From: Lachnospiraceae bacterium
GTDB taxonomy: Bacteria > Bacillota > Clostridia > Lachnospirales > Lachnospiraceae
NCBI GenBank assembly: GCA_024695465.1
Contig: JAILID010000154.1
Span: 1,681 to 65,680 of the forward strand
Reading direction: 5' to 3'
DNA: 64,000 bases
In this document: positions 18,180 through 30,035 of the stretch, piece by piece
How the letters are laid out: every line of letters begins with the position of its first letter
Position numbering within the stretch: position 1 is the stretch's first letter
Made by a program: the position numbers and the translations under genes
Notes under the pieces: model-generated
The model's database searches: none
Told to the model about the DNA's origin: nothing
What the model saw: the letters and a program-made list of their open reading frames with translations, nothing else

Positions 18180-18788
18180 ATGGGGAAGGCTTCAAAAGGC
18201 GAATACGGCTACTTCCGTTTTGAGCGGAAAAGGCGGATGATCCTGACGTTTATCTTTCTGGGGATCCCGCTCATCATCTTTATCGCGGGCCTCCTTCTTA
18301 CGGGGACGGAGAAGAGTGTGTTCACCGTGGCGGCAGTGGTCCTGGTGATCCCGTTCGCGATGTCCTTTACCGGACTGGTCACGGTCTTTACCCAAAAGTC
18401 GATTTCCGATGAGGCCCACGAAGCCATCAGCGCCCATGCCGGCGGACTCCTCATGGCCTACGAGCTCTATGTGACCCACGAGAAGGCTTCGACCTTTGTG
18501 GACGCCTTCGCCATCTGCGGCAACAGCGTGGCGGGACTGGTGACGGGGAAGAAGGGCGATCCGGCCTTTACGCAGGAGTACGTCCAGAAGACTTTGCGCG
18601 CCGCCGGTTTTTCGGGGATCTCGGTCAAGCTCTTTAGGGAGCAGGAGAAGTTTCTGGAACGCCTTGATTCCATGAACGCCCATGCGGACTCGCTCCGCCA
18701 GGGGCTCAGCTATAAGGTCGATCCCCGCTATCCGGATTACAACCGGGAGGAGCTGATCTGGCAGACCCTCCTGGAGATCTCTTTCTGA
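18180..18788 (+). CDS. Hypothetical membrane protein (two N-terminal TM helices)
   Basis: AAGGAG RBS. TM helices are ILTFIFLGIPLIIFIAGLLL and VFTVAAVVLVIPFAMSFTGLV. No family was recognised. Confidence 0.6.
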   Translation: MGKASKGEYGYFRFERKRRMILTFIFLGIPLIIFIAGLLLTGTEKSVFTVAAVVLVIPFAMSFTGLVTVFTQKSISDEAHEAISAHAGGLLMAYELYVTHEKASTFVDAFAICGNSVAGLVTGKKGDPAFTQEYVQKTLRAAGFSGISVKLFREQEKFLERLDSMNAHADSLRQGLSYKVDPRYPDYNREELIWQTLLEISF

Positions 18789-18791
18789 GCC

Positions 18792-19793
18792 ATGAGGGAA
18801 TTCGTGATCGGGAGAAACGAAGCCGGCCAGCGTCTGGACAAATATCTGCGCAAGCTTCTCAAGGAAGCCCCCGACGGCTTTCTCTACAAGATGCTCCGCA
18901 AGAAGAATATCACGCTGGAGGGGCGCAGGGCTTCGGGAAATGAAATGCTGGCGGAAGGCATGAGCGTAAAGCTCTTCCTTTCCGAGGAGACCTTTGAGAA
19001 GATGGCCGGGCAGGAAGCGCTGCTTCCTGCCGGGAGGAAGAAAGGGGGAAAACGCGCCTTTTCCCTCTCCCCGGAGAACATCGTCTATGAGGACCGGGAC
19101 CTCGTCCTGGTCAACAAACCCCCCGGAGTCCTCGTGCACTCCCGGGGCGCGGGGGAGGAGACGCTTGCCGGCGCGCTCCTTTCCTATCTCGCTTCGCCGG
19201 GAAAGCTGGACCGGAGGGAGCTTGCGGCCTTCCGTCCGGCGCCCATGAACCGTCTTGACATGAATACCAGCGGGCTGGTCCTTTGCGGGGCCTCGCTGCC
19301 GGGCGAGCAGTTCCTGGCCCGGGCCATAAGGGAGCGGACGATCCGGAAGGAGTATCTCTGCGTCGTAAGGGGGAGCTTTCCCTTTGAGGGAAAGAAGAGC
19401 GCCTACCTTGCGAAGGACGGGCGGAGGAACCGGGTTTTCATTTCCGAAAAGGAGAAAGAGGGGATGGAGCCGATCGAGACCGCTTTCTATCCCCTGGCGG
19501 AGAGCGGGGGCTTTACGCTCCTGAAAGTCCTCCTTATCAGCGGGAAACCCCACCAGATCCGGGCGCATCTTGCCTGTCTGGGCTATCCGCTGCCGGGGGA
19601 TCCGAAATACGGGGATCCGGAGCTGAACGCCCGGATCGCCCGGGAGGCCGGGCTTTTCCGCCAGTGCCTCCACGCCCATCAGGTGACGTTTTTGGAGGCA
19701 GAAGGAGAATTCGGCAGGCTTCGCGGCAGGACCTTCACGGCTCCCTGCCCGAAAGATTTTATAAAGGTTTTGAAGGTGACTGGACTTGAGTGA
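18792..19793 (+). CDS. RluA-family pseudouridine synthase with N-terminal S4-like domain
   Basis: RLDKYL is S4-like. The catalytic loop is RLDMNTSGLVL. GKPHQIRAHL is also present. Confidence 0.85.
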   Translation: MREFVIGRNEAGQRLDKYLRKLLKEAPDGFLYKMLRKKNITLEGRRASGNEMLAEGMSVKLFLSEETFEKMAGQEALLPAGRKKGGKRAFSLSPENIVYEDRDLVLVNKPPGVLVHSRGAGEETLAGALLSYLASPGKLDRRELAAFRPAPMNRLDMNTSGLVLCGASLPGEQFLARAIRERTIRKEYLCVVRGSFPFEGKKSAYLAKDGRRNRVFISEKEKEGMEPIETAFYPLAESGGFTLLKVLLISGKPHQIRAHLACLGYPLPGDPKYGDPELNARIAREAGLFRQCLHAHQVTFLEAEGEFGRLRGRTFTAPCPKDFIKVLKVTGLE

Positions 19794-20340
19794 GAATAAG
19801 AATATTGAAGAAACATTTGACTGGAAGCAGGAGATCGTGTCCTTCATTTTCCCGATTATCTGCGTGGTGGTGGCCGTCCTGCTCATCAACGAATTGCTGG
19901 TCGTGAACGCCCGGATCCCTACCGAATCCATGGAGAACACGATCATGGTCAACGACCAGGTCTTCGGCAACCGCCTGGCCTATCGGAACGCGCTGCCGGA
20001 GCGCTTCGACATCGTGATCTTTCACTACCCGGACGACGAATCCAAGCTCTATATCAAGCGGGTGATCGGGCTTCCGGGGGAGACGGTGGAGATCGTGGAC
20101 GGGAAGGTCTACATCAACGGGAGCGAGGAGCCGCTTGACGACAGCTTCTGCCCGGAGGAGCCCCTGGGTTCCTACGGACCCTTTTACGTCCCTTCCGGCC
20201 ATTACTTTATGATGGGGGACAACCGGAACCACAGCAACGATTCCCGCTTCTGGATCAATAAGTACGTGAGTCTGGACAGGATCCTGGGAAAGGCTTTCTT
20301 CCGCTACCTCCCGGTTACGAGGATGGGAGTCCTTGAATAA
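19786..20340 (+). CDS. lepB: Signal peptidase I (catalytically intact)
   Basis: Catalytic Ser in PTESMENT, catalytic Lys in LYIKRVIGLPGE, and box E GDNRNHSNDSRFW. The TTG start overlaps the rlu stop. Confidence 0.85.
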   Translation: MSENKNIEETFDWKQEIVSFIFPIICVVVAVLLINELLVVNARIPTESMENTIMVNDQVFGNRLAYRNALPERFDIVIFHYPDDESKLYIKRVIGLPGETVEIVDGKVYINGSEEPLDDSFCPEEPLGSYGPFYVPSGHYFMMGDNRNHSNDSRFWINKYVSLDRILGKAFFRYLPVTRMGVLE

Positions 20341-20882
20341 TGGGAACCTGGAATTCCAGGGGGCTGCGGGGCTCGGTTCTGGAGGAGACGATCAACAGGA
20401 CGATCGCCCACCTGCGGGATAAAGGCCTCGCGCTCATCCAGAAGATTCCGACCCCCATCACGCCGATCGAGATCGACAAGACGTCGCGGCGCATTACCCT
20501 GGCCTATTTCGACAAGAAGAGCACGGTCGATTACCTGGGGGCGGTCCAGGGGCTGCCGGTCTGCTTCGACGCCAAGGAGTGCGCGGAGGATACCTTTCCG
20601 CTGAAGAATATCCACCCCCACCAGAAGGCCTTTATGGAGGAATTCGAGGGGCAGGGGGGGATCGCCTTCCTTATCATCTATTTTTCCGGAAGGCAGGAGT
20701 ACTATTACATGACCTGCCGGGAAATGAAGGGCTTCTTTGCGCGGATGGAGGAGGGCGGACGGAAAAGCATCAGGCTTTCGGAGCTGGATCCCGCCTGTTT
20801 TTTTGAGGAAAAGAACAATCTGCTCCCGATTATCGAGAGCATTCAACAAGACCTGGATAACCGGGAGGAGAAAGATGGCTAA
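20340..20882 (+). CDS. recU: Holliday junction resolvase RecU
   Basis: G..LE..IN, KIPTP, the nuclease core DYLG...G..VCFDAKE, and HQ..FM. Confidence 0.85.
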   Translation: MGTWNSRGLRGSVLEETINRTIAHLRDKGLALIQKIPTPITPIEIDKTSRRITLAYFDKKSTVDYLGAVQGLPVCFDAKECAEDTFPLKNIHPHQKAFMEEFEGQGGIAFLIIYFSGRQEYYYMTCREMKGFFARMEEGGRKSIRLSELDPACFFEEKNNLLPIIESIQQDLDNREEKDG

Positions 20883-21888
20883 CAGGGCAATTCATACGCC
20901 GGACGGATTCCGCGACCTGTACGGGGAATCCTGCATGGCGAAAAGGGAGCTGATGGATCGGGTGAGGGAGGTGTTCGGGCGCTATGCCTATGAGAACATC
21001 GAGACCCCGACCGTGGAATTCTTTGATGTCTTTTCCAGCGACATAGGGACCACGCCGTCGCGGGAGCTTTACAAGTTTTTTGACCGGGACGGCAACACGC
21101 TGGTCTTAAGGCCGGATTTTACCCCTTCCGTGGCCAGGGCCGCGGCCATGCATTTCCCGGACGAGCGCTTTCCGGCCCGCCTTTCTTACGAGGGCAGCAC
21201 CTTTGTCAATTCCGCTGAATTACAGGGCCGCCTCAAGGAGCAGACCCAGATGGGCATCGAGCTTTTGGGGGACGCTTCGCCGGAGGCGGACGCCGAGGTC
21301 ATCGCCATGACGGCCGAGATTCTTCTGGCGGCCGGGATCAGCCGTTTTCAGGTCAGCGTCGGGGAAGTGGACTTCTTTAAGGCCCTGGCGGACGCTTCCG
21401 GGCTTTCCGGGGAGGAGATCGGCTCGTTAAGGGCTCTCATCTCCAGCAAGAACTTTTTCGGGGTCGAGGAGCTCCTTGGCGGCTTCGCGGTCGAAAGCCG
21501 CCTGAAGGAAGCCTTTGTCCGCCTCCCCAACCTTTTCGGCGGGCCGGAGGTTCTGGACGAGGCCGCTGCCTTCGCGGCGGCGCCCCGGGAGAAAGCGGCG
21601 CTGGAGCGTCTCTTCGCGATCAGCCGGATCCTGGAGGCGCGGGGCCTGTCACGCTATGTATCCTATGATTTCGGGATGCTTTCCAAATTCAACTATTACA
21701 CGGGGATCATTTTTTCCGCCTACACCTATGGGACCGGCGAGCCGGTCGCCAAGGGCGGGCGCTACGATAATCTTCTCGGACATTTCGGCAAGGAGGAGCC
21801 GGCAGTCGGCTTCGGGGTCTACATCGATCAGCTGATGAGCGCCCTTAGCCGCCAGGGCCTCCGGAAGGGAAAGGAGGCGGAGCTATGA
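20875..21888 (+). CDS. hisZ: ATP phosphoribosyltransferase regulatory subunit HisZ
   Basis: HisS-like class II core without an anticodon domain (RPDFTPSVAR, GGRYDNLL). It precedes a short-form hisG. The ATG at 20875 overlaps the recU end by 8 nt. Confidence 0.85.
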   Translation: MANRAIHTPDGFRDLYGESCMAKRELMDRVREVFGRYAYENIETPTVEFFDVFSSDIGTTPSRELYKFFDRDGNTLVLRPDFTPSVARAAAMHFPDERFPARLSYEGSTFVNSAELQGRLKEQTQMGIELLGDASPEADAEVIAMTAEILLAAGISRFQVSVGEVDFFKALADASGLSGEEIGSLRALISSKNFFGVEELLGGFAVESRLKEAFVRLPNLFGGPEVLDEAAAFAAAPREKAALERLFAISRILEARGLSRYVSYDFGMLSKFNYYTGIIFSAYTYGTGEPVAKGGRYDNLLGHFGKEEPAVGFGVYIDQLMSALSRQGLRKGKEAEL

Positions 21889-22520
21889 GGCCGATCACGA
21901 TTGCCCTGACCAAGGGAAGGCTGGCCAGGAAGACCCTGGAGCTCTTCCGCTCCATCGGGATCGATCCGGCCGGAGCCGACGATCCGGACACCCGGAAGCT
22001 CATTTTCGAGAATGAAGAGCTCGGACTCCGTTTCTTCCTGGCGAAAGGCCCGGACGTCCCGACCTACGTCCATTACGGGGCGGCGGACATCGGAATCGTC
22101 GGCCGGGATACGATCATCGAGGAGGGGAAGAAGCTCTACGAGGTTCTGGATCTGGGCTACGGCCGCTGCCGGATGTGCGTCTGCGGACCGGAGTCCGCGA
22201 GGAAGTACCTGGAGAACGGGGAGATGATCCGGGTGGCGACCAAGTACCCCAATATCACCAGGGACTATTTCATGAATAAGAAGCACCAGACCGTGGAGAT
22301 CATCAAGCTGAACGGCTCCATCGAGCTGGCCCCCATCGTCGGCCTGGCCGAGCTGATCGTCGATATCGTGGAGACGGGTTCGACCCTGAAAGAGAACGGA
22401 CTGAAGGTCCTGGAGGAGGTTCTTCCCCTTTCGGCCCGGGTCGTGGTCAACCAGGTCAGCATGAAGATGGAAAATGAAAGAATATCGGATCTGATCCGCC
22501 GTATGAAGGAGGCGCTGTGA
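21885..22520 (+). CDS. hisG: ATP phosphoribosyltransferase, short form
   Basis: 211 aa. IALTKGRL.....L, DVPTYV..G..D.GIVG and ETGSTL. Confidence 0.9.
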   Translation: MRPITIALTKGRLARKTLELFRSIGIDPAGADDPDTRKLIFENEELGLRFFLAKGPDVPTYVHYGAADIGIVGRDTIIEEGKKLYEVLDLGYGRCRMCVCGPESARKYLENGEMIRVATKYPNITRDYFMNKKHQTVEIIKLNGSIELAPIVGLAELIVDIVETGSTLKENGLKVLEEVLPLSARVVVNQVSMKMENERISDLIRRMKEAL

Positions 22521-23806
22521 TGAAAATAGTGAAGCTTACCCGGGAGTCCTTCGGCTCGATTCTCATAAATATGCTGAAGCGGAGCCCGGACAATTATCCC
22601 GCGGAGGAGGCCGCGGTGGCCGCCATCCTCTCCGACGTGAAAAGCCGGGGGGACGCCGCGGTGTTTGAATACACGAAACGCTTCGACCGCGCGGATATCG
22701 GACCGGACAACTTTATCGTGACGAAGGAAGAGGAGGAGGAGGCCTATCGGGCCGTGGATCCGGAGCTCGTCGAGGTGATCCGCAAGGCGATCCGCCGCAT
22801 CCGGGCCTTCCACGAGCACGAAAGGCAGGAAAGCTGGTTCTGCACGGAAGAGGGGATGGTCCTGGGGCAGCGGGTGACGCCTCTGGCCCGGGTCGGGATC
22901 TACGTTCCGGGAGGCAAGGCCGCCTATCCCTCATCCGTTCTCATGAACGTCATCCCGGCCCAGGTCGCCGGGGTGCCGGATATCGTCATGTGCACCCCGC
23001 CCGGCAGGGACGGGAAAGCGGCCCCGACTACCCTGGTCGCGGCGAAGGAGGCCGGCGTTAAGACCGTCTACAAGGTCGGCGGGGCCCAGGCGGTCGCGGC
23101 CATGGCCTTCGGGACGGAGAGCCTGCCCCGGGTGGACAAGATCACGGGTCCCGGCAACATCTTCGTGGCCCTGGCCAAGAAGGCGGTCTACGGGCACGTC
23201 TCCATCGATTCGGTGGCCGGCCCCTCCGAGGTCATGGTCCTGGCGGACGAGACCGCGAATCCCCGCTACGTCGCGGCGGATCTCCTCTCCCAGGCGGAGC
23301 ATGACGAGCTGGCTTCGGCCATCCTGGTGACCACCTCCATGGAGCTGGCGGAAGAAGTGAGCCGGGAAGTTGACGGCTTCCTCGAGAAGCTTTCGCGCCG
23401 GGAGATCATCGAGAAGTCCCTGGACCGCTTCGGCCGCATCCTGGTCGCGGACAGCATGGACGAGGCCATCAGGGCGGTCAACGAGATCGCCTCGGAGCAT
23501 CTGGAGATCGTGACGAAGGAGCCCTTCCTGCTCATGACGAAGATCAAAAACGCGGGCGCGATCTTCATCGGGGAGCATTCCTCGGAGCCTTTGGGCGATT
23601 ATTTTGCCGGCCCCAACCATGTCCTGCCGACGAACGGCACCGCGAGATTTTTCTCCGCGCTCTCCGTGGACGATTTCGTGAAGAAGACGAGCATCATCTA
23701 CAGCTCCAGGGAGGCGCTTTCCGCCCTCCACGAGGACGTGGAGCGCTTCGCCGGGGCGGAAGGGCTGACGGCCCACGCCAACTCGGTCCGCGTGCGGTTT
23801 GAGTGA
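22517..23806 (+). CDS. hisD: Histidinol dehydrogenase
   Basis: YVPGGKAAYPSSVLM, AGPSEVMVLADE and SQAEHD motifs. Confidence 0.95.
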   Translation: MMKIVKLTRESFGSILINMLKRSPDNYPAEEAAVAAILSDVKSRGDAAVFEYTKRFDRADIGPDNFIVTKEEEEEAYRAVDPELVEVIRKAIRRIRAFHEHERQESWFCTEEGMVLGQRVTPLARVGIYVPGGKAAYPSSVLMNVIPAQVAGVPDIVMCTPPGRDGKAAPTTLVAAKEAGVKTVYKVGGAQAVAAMAFGTESLPRVDKITGPGNIFVALAKKAVYGHVSIDSVAGPSEVMVLADETANPRYVAADLLSQAEHDELASAILVTTSMELAEEVSREVDGFLEKLSRREIIEKSLDRFGRILVADSMDEAIRAVNEIASEHLEIVTKEPFLLMTKIKNAGAIFIGEHSSEPLGDYFAGPNHVLPTNGTARFFSALSVDDFVKKTSIIYSSREALSALHEDVERFAGAEGLTAHANSVRVRFE

Positions 23807-23895
23807 AGACGGGCTTGGGCCGCGGGTTTTCGCGGAGGAAGCCTGAAATCCCGCTAAGATAAAGCAGCGTATGCGAAGCTGAATGGAGGTTTATT

Positions 23896-25176
23896 ATGAA
23901 GAAAATGCTGGTTCCCTGTATTTATATGCAAAACGGCAAGGCTGTGACCGGCTTCGGAAAGACCAGCGCCTTAACGGATATGCCCCTTGACGAGCTGGCG
24001 GAGTCTTACAGCGTAAGCGGGGCGGACGCCTTGCTGGTTCTTGATTTTTCCAACACGGATGAGGAGCATGAGGAGGCGATCGCCTGCCTGGCGTCCATGT
24101 GCAGGCAGTCTCAGGTCCCGGTCATCGCCGCCGGCAATATCAAAAGGGCGGAGGATGTGAAGAAGCTCCTTTACGCCGGGGCCAGACAGGTCATCCTGAA
24201 CGGGAGCCGCAAGGACAACATGCAGCTCCTTCCGGAGGTTTCCAGGCGTTTCGGAAAGGAGAAGCTGGCGGTCAGCATCGCTTCCGTCGAGGAATACATG
24301 CTCTTTTCCGAAGATATCGAAGCTTTCGCCTCCCGGATCCTGGTCCTTTCGGACATCGAGGATTCCCTGCCCAAGCTCACGAGCCTCCCCATTCTCTTCC
24401 ACGCCAAGGAGAGCAGCGCGGCGGAGGTCCTGGCTTTCCTGGCCAAGCCCGGAATCGAGGGGGTCACGGGCAGCTACGTCTCCTCCCCGGACATAAGCCT
24501 TTTGAAGCTCAAGGAAGCGGCTCTGGGGAAGGATATCCCCATGGCGGTCTTTTCGAGCAGCCTTTCATTTGACGAATTGAAGACCGATGAGAAGGGCCTG
24601 ATCCCCTGCGTCGTCCAGGACTATTCCAACGACGAGGTCCTCATGATGGCGTATATGAACCGGGAAAGCTTTGAGAAGACCCTTCTGACCGGGAAGATGC
24701 ACTACTATTCCAGAAGCCGGAAATGTCTCTGGCTCAAGGGGGAGAGCAGCGGCCACTACCAGTACGTGAAGGCCATGTCGGCCGACTGCGACCGGGATAC
24801 CCTGCTGGCCAAAGTTTCCCAGGTGGGGGCCGCCTGCCATACCGGGAATCGTTCCTGCTTTTTTACGCCGCTTTTTGACAGCGGGGAGATCGAGAAGAAC
24901 CCCATGCGGGTGTTCGAGAGCGTTTACAACGTGATCCTGGACCGCAAGGCCAACCCCAGGGAGGGCTCCTATACCAACTATCTCTTCGACAAGGGAATCG
25001 ACAAGATCCTGAAGAAGGTGGGCGAGGAGAATACGGAAATCATCATCGCGGCCAAGAATCCCGACCCGCAGGAGCTCCGCTACGAGATCTCCGACTATCT
25101 CTATCACCTGATGGTGCTGATGGCGGAGAAAGGGGTCAACTGGACGGATATCACGGATGACCTTTCAAGAAGATAA
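23896..25176 (+). CDS. hisI: Tri-domain protein: degenerate HisA/HisF-like barrel + phosphoribosyl-AMP cyclohydrolase (HisI) + phosphoribosyl-ATP pyrophosphatase (HisE)
   Basis: HisI core is MMAYMNRES...SRSR..LW.KGE.SGH...V......DCD.D.LL..V...G.ACHTG..SCF. HisE is YT..L...[11 protein letters not shown]. The N-terminal ~225 aa resemble HisF ([12 protein letters not shown]...[10 protein letters not shown]). Confidence 0.85.
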   Translation: MKKMLVPCIYMQNGKAVTGFGKTSALTDMPLDELAESYSVSGADALLVLDFSNTDEEHEEAIACLASMCRQSQVPVIAAGNIKRAEDVKKLLYAGARQVILNGSRKDNMQLLPEVSRRFGKEKLAVSIASVEEYMLFSEDIEAFASRILVLSDIEDSLPKLTSLPILFHAKESSAAEVLAFLAKPGIEGVTGSYVSSPDISLLKLKEAALGKDIPMAVFSSSLSFDELKTDEKGLIPCVVQDYSNDEVLMMAYMNRESFEKTLLTGKMHYYSRSRKCLWLKGESSGHYQYVKAMSADCDRDTLLAKVSQVGAACHTGNRSCFFTPLFDSGEIEKNPMRVFESVYNVILDRKANPREGSYTNYLFDKGIDKILKKVGEENTEIIIAAKNPDPQELRYEISDYLYHLMVLMAEKGVNWTDITDDLSRR

Positions 25177-25211
25177 GGACTGACTGTTAAGCAATCAAAA
25201 TCAAGGAGGCA

Positions 25212-25235
25212 GGGGGCGCAAAGACCGCCCCTTTT
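25212..25235 (+). terminator. Hairpin plus T-run between hisIE and the radical SAM gene (terminator and/or RBS-bridging structure)
   Basis: ggggcg-caaagac-cgcccc-tttt. It sits between a consensus AAGGAGG (25203-25209) and the ATG at 25241. Confidence 0.5.
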
Positions 25236-25240
25236 ACTAT

Positions 25241-27177
<1,937 letters not shown>

Positions 27178-27181
<4 letters not shown>

Positions 27182-27993
27182 AGGTTCGTATGAAGATGGC
27201 CAAGACCGGCCCGATCCGCTATGTGGGACATCTGGATTTCATGCGCTCATTCCAGAAGGCTCTGCGGAGAAGCGGGATCCGGGCGGCTTTCTCCAGGGGC
27301 TTCAGCCCCCATATGCTGATTTCTTTTGCCTCCCCGCTGGGGGTCGGGCTTGAGAGCGTCGGCGAGTATGTCGACGTGGAGCTGGCCTACCGGGATCCCT
27401 TCCCGCTGGATCCGGTGGAGGAGCAGCGCCTTGAGTCGATCGGTCTTAAAAATGAAGACCTCCCGCCTGCCCCGTCCTCCGGGGAGCTTTGCCGGATGAT
27501 CAACCGGGAGCTGCCGGAGGGCGTCCGGGTCTTTAGTATGAAGCGGGTCGGGCAGATGAAAGAGAAGGCGATGGCGCTGGTGAGGGGGGCGGATTACCTG
27601 GTCTTTTTGGAAGACGGTTTTCTCGCGGAGGCCGATCTCACGGAGGCTGTCTTATCGCTGCTTGCGGAAACGTCCATCGTCATCCACAAGGTTACGCCCA
27701 AGTCGGAAAGCGACGTGGATATAAGGCCGCTGATTTATGACCTGGGGGTCATGGAGGACGGATTCTGCGCCCGGGAGGAGCGCTTTCTCTCCTTTGATCC
27801 GGAGGGCTTCTCCCGCTCCCTTTTCATGAGCCTTTCCGCGGGGAGCGCGGCGAACCTGAAGCCGGAGACCCTGATGGCCGCGCTCTGCCGGAAGCTGGGG
27901 AAGGAGTTCGATCCCTGCGCGCTCCGGATCCTGCGGCTTGAGATGTACGCGGAAGCCTCAAAAGCGATGTCAGAGCTGGGGGAGGCGTTTTGA
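27178..27993 (+). CDS. Radical-SAM-associated DUF2344 protein (TIGR03936-like)
   Basis: KTGPIRYVGHLDFMRSFQKALRRSGI is the characteristic N-terminus. There is an ATGA overlap with the radical SAM gene. Confidence 0.8.
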
Positions 27994-28101
27994 GCGCCGC
28001 GCATGCAAAGCGCGCATGCGGGAGACGAATAAGAGAAAACGGCTTTCCGCGGGGCCGGAGCGAGGGGCCGGCAGAGGCGGATGGGCAGCGGAGGATGATG
28101 G

Positions 28102-29262
28102 ATGCGTGACTATCTTGTGACGGAGACGGTATTTCAGGGAAGGCGTTTTATGGCGGCGGCCTTCTACGAGGGTATGCGCCTCATGAATCTCCGGGTCCGG
28201 CCCCGGGAGGAGGAGTCTTGCGTCGGCCAGATCCGGACCGGTTTCGTCGCGGACCGGGTGGGCAACATCGGGGGCGTTTTCGTGCAGTCCGGAAGGGAGA
28301 AGTTTTTCATTTCCAGCTTTCCGAAGGACGCGGATCCGGGACATATCGTCTTCCTCGTTACCAGGGACGCCCTGGGCAATAAGAGCCCGACAGGCACGCT
28401 TGCCCTGGAGCTGGCCGGGAGATACGCGGTCGTCAGGCAGAAGCCCCGGGGCCTGTCTTTTTCCGGCCGCCTGAGCGGGGAGGAGAAAAGGATCCTCCGA
28501 AAGTGGCTGGAGGGCTTTGACGCCCGGGGGCTGGGGATCCTGGTCCGCACCAATGCGGGCAGGGCGGAGAAAAAGGTCTTCCTGGAGGAGCTGGCCGGGC
28601 TTGCGGCAAGGTTTTCCGGGATCCTTGAGGAGGCCGGGACGGCCGGAAACGGGAAGATCCTCTACCGGCCGGATCCCTTCTATGTCGAGGAGCTGGACAG
28701 GACCCGGGAGCTTCCCGACCGGATCCTGACCGATCTTCCGGACGCCTTCCCGCTTCTTGTACAAAAGAAGCAGCTTTCGGCGGAGCTTTGCTTTTACGGC
28801 AGGGAAAACAGGGCGCTGACCCTTCCGGAGCTCTACGGCCTGCCCCGGGAGCTGGAGAAGCTTACGGGCCGGGCGGCCTGGCTTAAGAGCGGGGCCTATC
28901 TCGTGATCGAGAAGACGGAGGCCTTCGTCAGCATCGACGTCAACTCCGGCAAGTGCGGGAAGGGGAGGATTCCGGAGGAGACTTACCGGAAGATCAATCT
29001 GGAAGCCGCGGAGGAGGCGGTCCGCCAGATCATGCTCCGCAATCTTTCCGGTATGATCCTGATCGACTTTATCAATCTTAAGAGCCGGGATCACCGGGAG
29101 GAGCTGGTCAACGTCATGAAGAAGCTGGTCCGCCGCGACCCCCTCCGCATGGACGTCATCGATCTTACGCCTCTTGGAATCATGGAGATTGTGCGGCAGA
29201 AGGGTGAGAAGTCCCTCGCGGAGCGCCTTGGGCTTTCGGATCAGGAAGCGCGGCGCGGATGA
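28102..29262 (+). CDS. rng: Ribonuclease G/E family (Rne/Rng catalytic domain only)
   Basis: The N-terminus is S1-like. The DNase-I-like site is FVSIDVNSGK, followed by GMILIDFI. The start codon is uncertain. Confidence 0.8.
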   Translation: MRDYLVTETVFQGRRFMAAAFYEGMRLMNLRVRPREEESCVGQIRTGFVADRVGNIGGVFVQSGREKFFISSFPKDADPGHIVFLVTRDALGNKSPTGTLALELAGRYAVVRQKPRGLSFSGRLSGEEKRILRKWLEGFDARGLGILVRTNAGRAEKKVFLEELAGLAARFSGILEEAGTAGNGKILYRPDPFYVEELDRTRELPDRILTDLPDAFPLLVQKKQLSAELCFYGRENRALTLPELYGLPRELEKLTGRAAWLKSGAYLVIEKTEAFVSIDVNSGKCGKGRIPEETYRKINLEAAEEAVRQIMLRNLSGMILIDFINLKSRDHREELVNVMKKLVRRDPLRMDVIDLTPLGIMEIVRQKGEKSLAERLGLSDQEARRG

Positions 29263-29281
29263 TGGAAACCTGCATTTTTCT

Positions 29282-29310
29282 CTTTACATCCGAATTTTTT
29301 TGTGTTAGAA
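29282..29310 (+). promoter_or_regulatory. Sigma-A promoter of the rplU operon (TTTACA-17-TGtTAGAAT)
   Basis: The hexamers, spacing and TGn extension were read directly. Confidence 0.65.
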
Positions 29311-29335
29311 TACGTGAGTATGCCGCAAAGAGGGG

Positions 29336-29386
29336 CTGCAAGCGCGTTCTTTTAAAGGGAACGCCGCCGCATCTTGCGAGTTTTTT
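29336..29386 (+). promoter_or_regulatory. Leader hairpin plus T6 run upstream of rplU (L21-leader-like attenuator)
   Basis: ctgcaag..gcgttc / gaacgc..cttgcgag followed by TTTTTT, ending 5 nt before the AGGAGG of rplU. Confidence 0.5.
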
Positions 29387-29403
29387 GAGAAGGAGGTGTC
29401 TCC

Positions 29404-29709
29404 ATGTACGCAGTAATCGCAACCGGCGGAAAGCAATACAGGGTTTCCGAGGGCGATGTCATCCGTGTCGAGAAGCTTGGGCTTGAGGTCGGCGAGGATG
29501 TCACGTTCGAGGATGTCCTTGCGGTTTCCAACGAAGGACTCAAGGTCGGCGAGGACGTCAAGGATGCCAGCGTCAGCGGAAAGGTTATTTCCAACGGGCG
29601 TTCCAAGAAGGTCATCGTTTACCGTTACAAGCCGAAGAAGGGCTACCACAAGAAGAACGGCCACAGGCAGGCCTACACGGCTGTCAGGATCGAGAAGATC
29701 AACGGCTGA
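29404..29709 (+). CDS. rplU: 50S ribosomal protein L21
   Basis: [17 protein letters not shown]. Confidence 0.97.
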   Translation: MYAVIATGGKQYRVSEGDVIRVEKLGLEVGEDVTFEDVLAVSNEGLKVGEDVKDASVSGKVISNGRSKKVIVYRYKPKKGYHKKNGHRQAYTAVRIEKING

Positions 29710-29711
29710 AG

Positions 29712-30032
29712 ATGATCCGCGCCACATTTTTCAAGAAAGGCGGCCGCTATACGGGCTTTAAGGCCCGGGGTCATGCGGGCTATGGCGAGGAAGGGACCGA
29801 TATCATCTGCGCGGCCGTTTCGGTACTCACCATCAATACCGCGAATTCGCTGGAGCTTTTGGCGGATGAAAAGCTCGCGGAACAGGAAACGGACGGTTTC
29901 GTCTCGTTTCGGTTCGAAAACGGCATTTCCGAAAAGGGAATGCTTCTCATGGATTCCCTGCATCTGGGCCTTAGGGATATAGCCGAAGGTGAGGGGAAGG
30001 GTTATATTAAAGTCAACATCGAGGAGGAATGA
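29712..30032 (+). CDS. prp: Ribosomal-processing cysteine protease Prp
   Basis: GHAGYGEEGTDIICAAVS carries the catalytic His/Cys. It lies between rplU and rpmA. Confidence 0.9.
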   Translation: MIRATFFKKGGRYTGFKARGHAGYGEEGTDIICAAVSVLTINTANSLELLADEKLAEQETDGFVSFRFENGISEKGMLLMDSLHLGLRDIAEGEGKGYIKVNIEEE

Positions 30033-30035
30033 GTC

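Noticed and set aside
18192-19970. 592-aa ORF on the minus strand
   Set aside because: It is antisense to three well-supported + strand genes (a membrane protein, RluA-family synthase and LepB). Its translation is Arg/Pro/Gly-rich low-complexity with no motif and no RBS. It is a typical stop-free antisense frame in high-G+C DNA.
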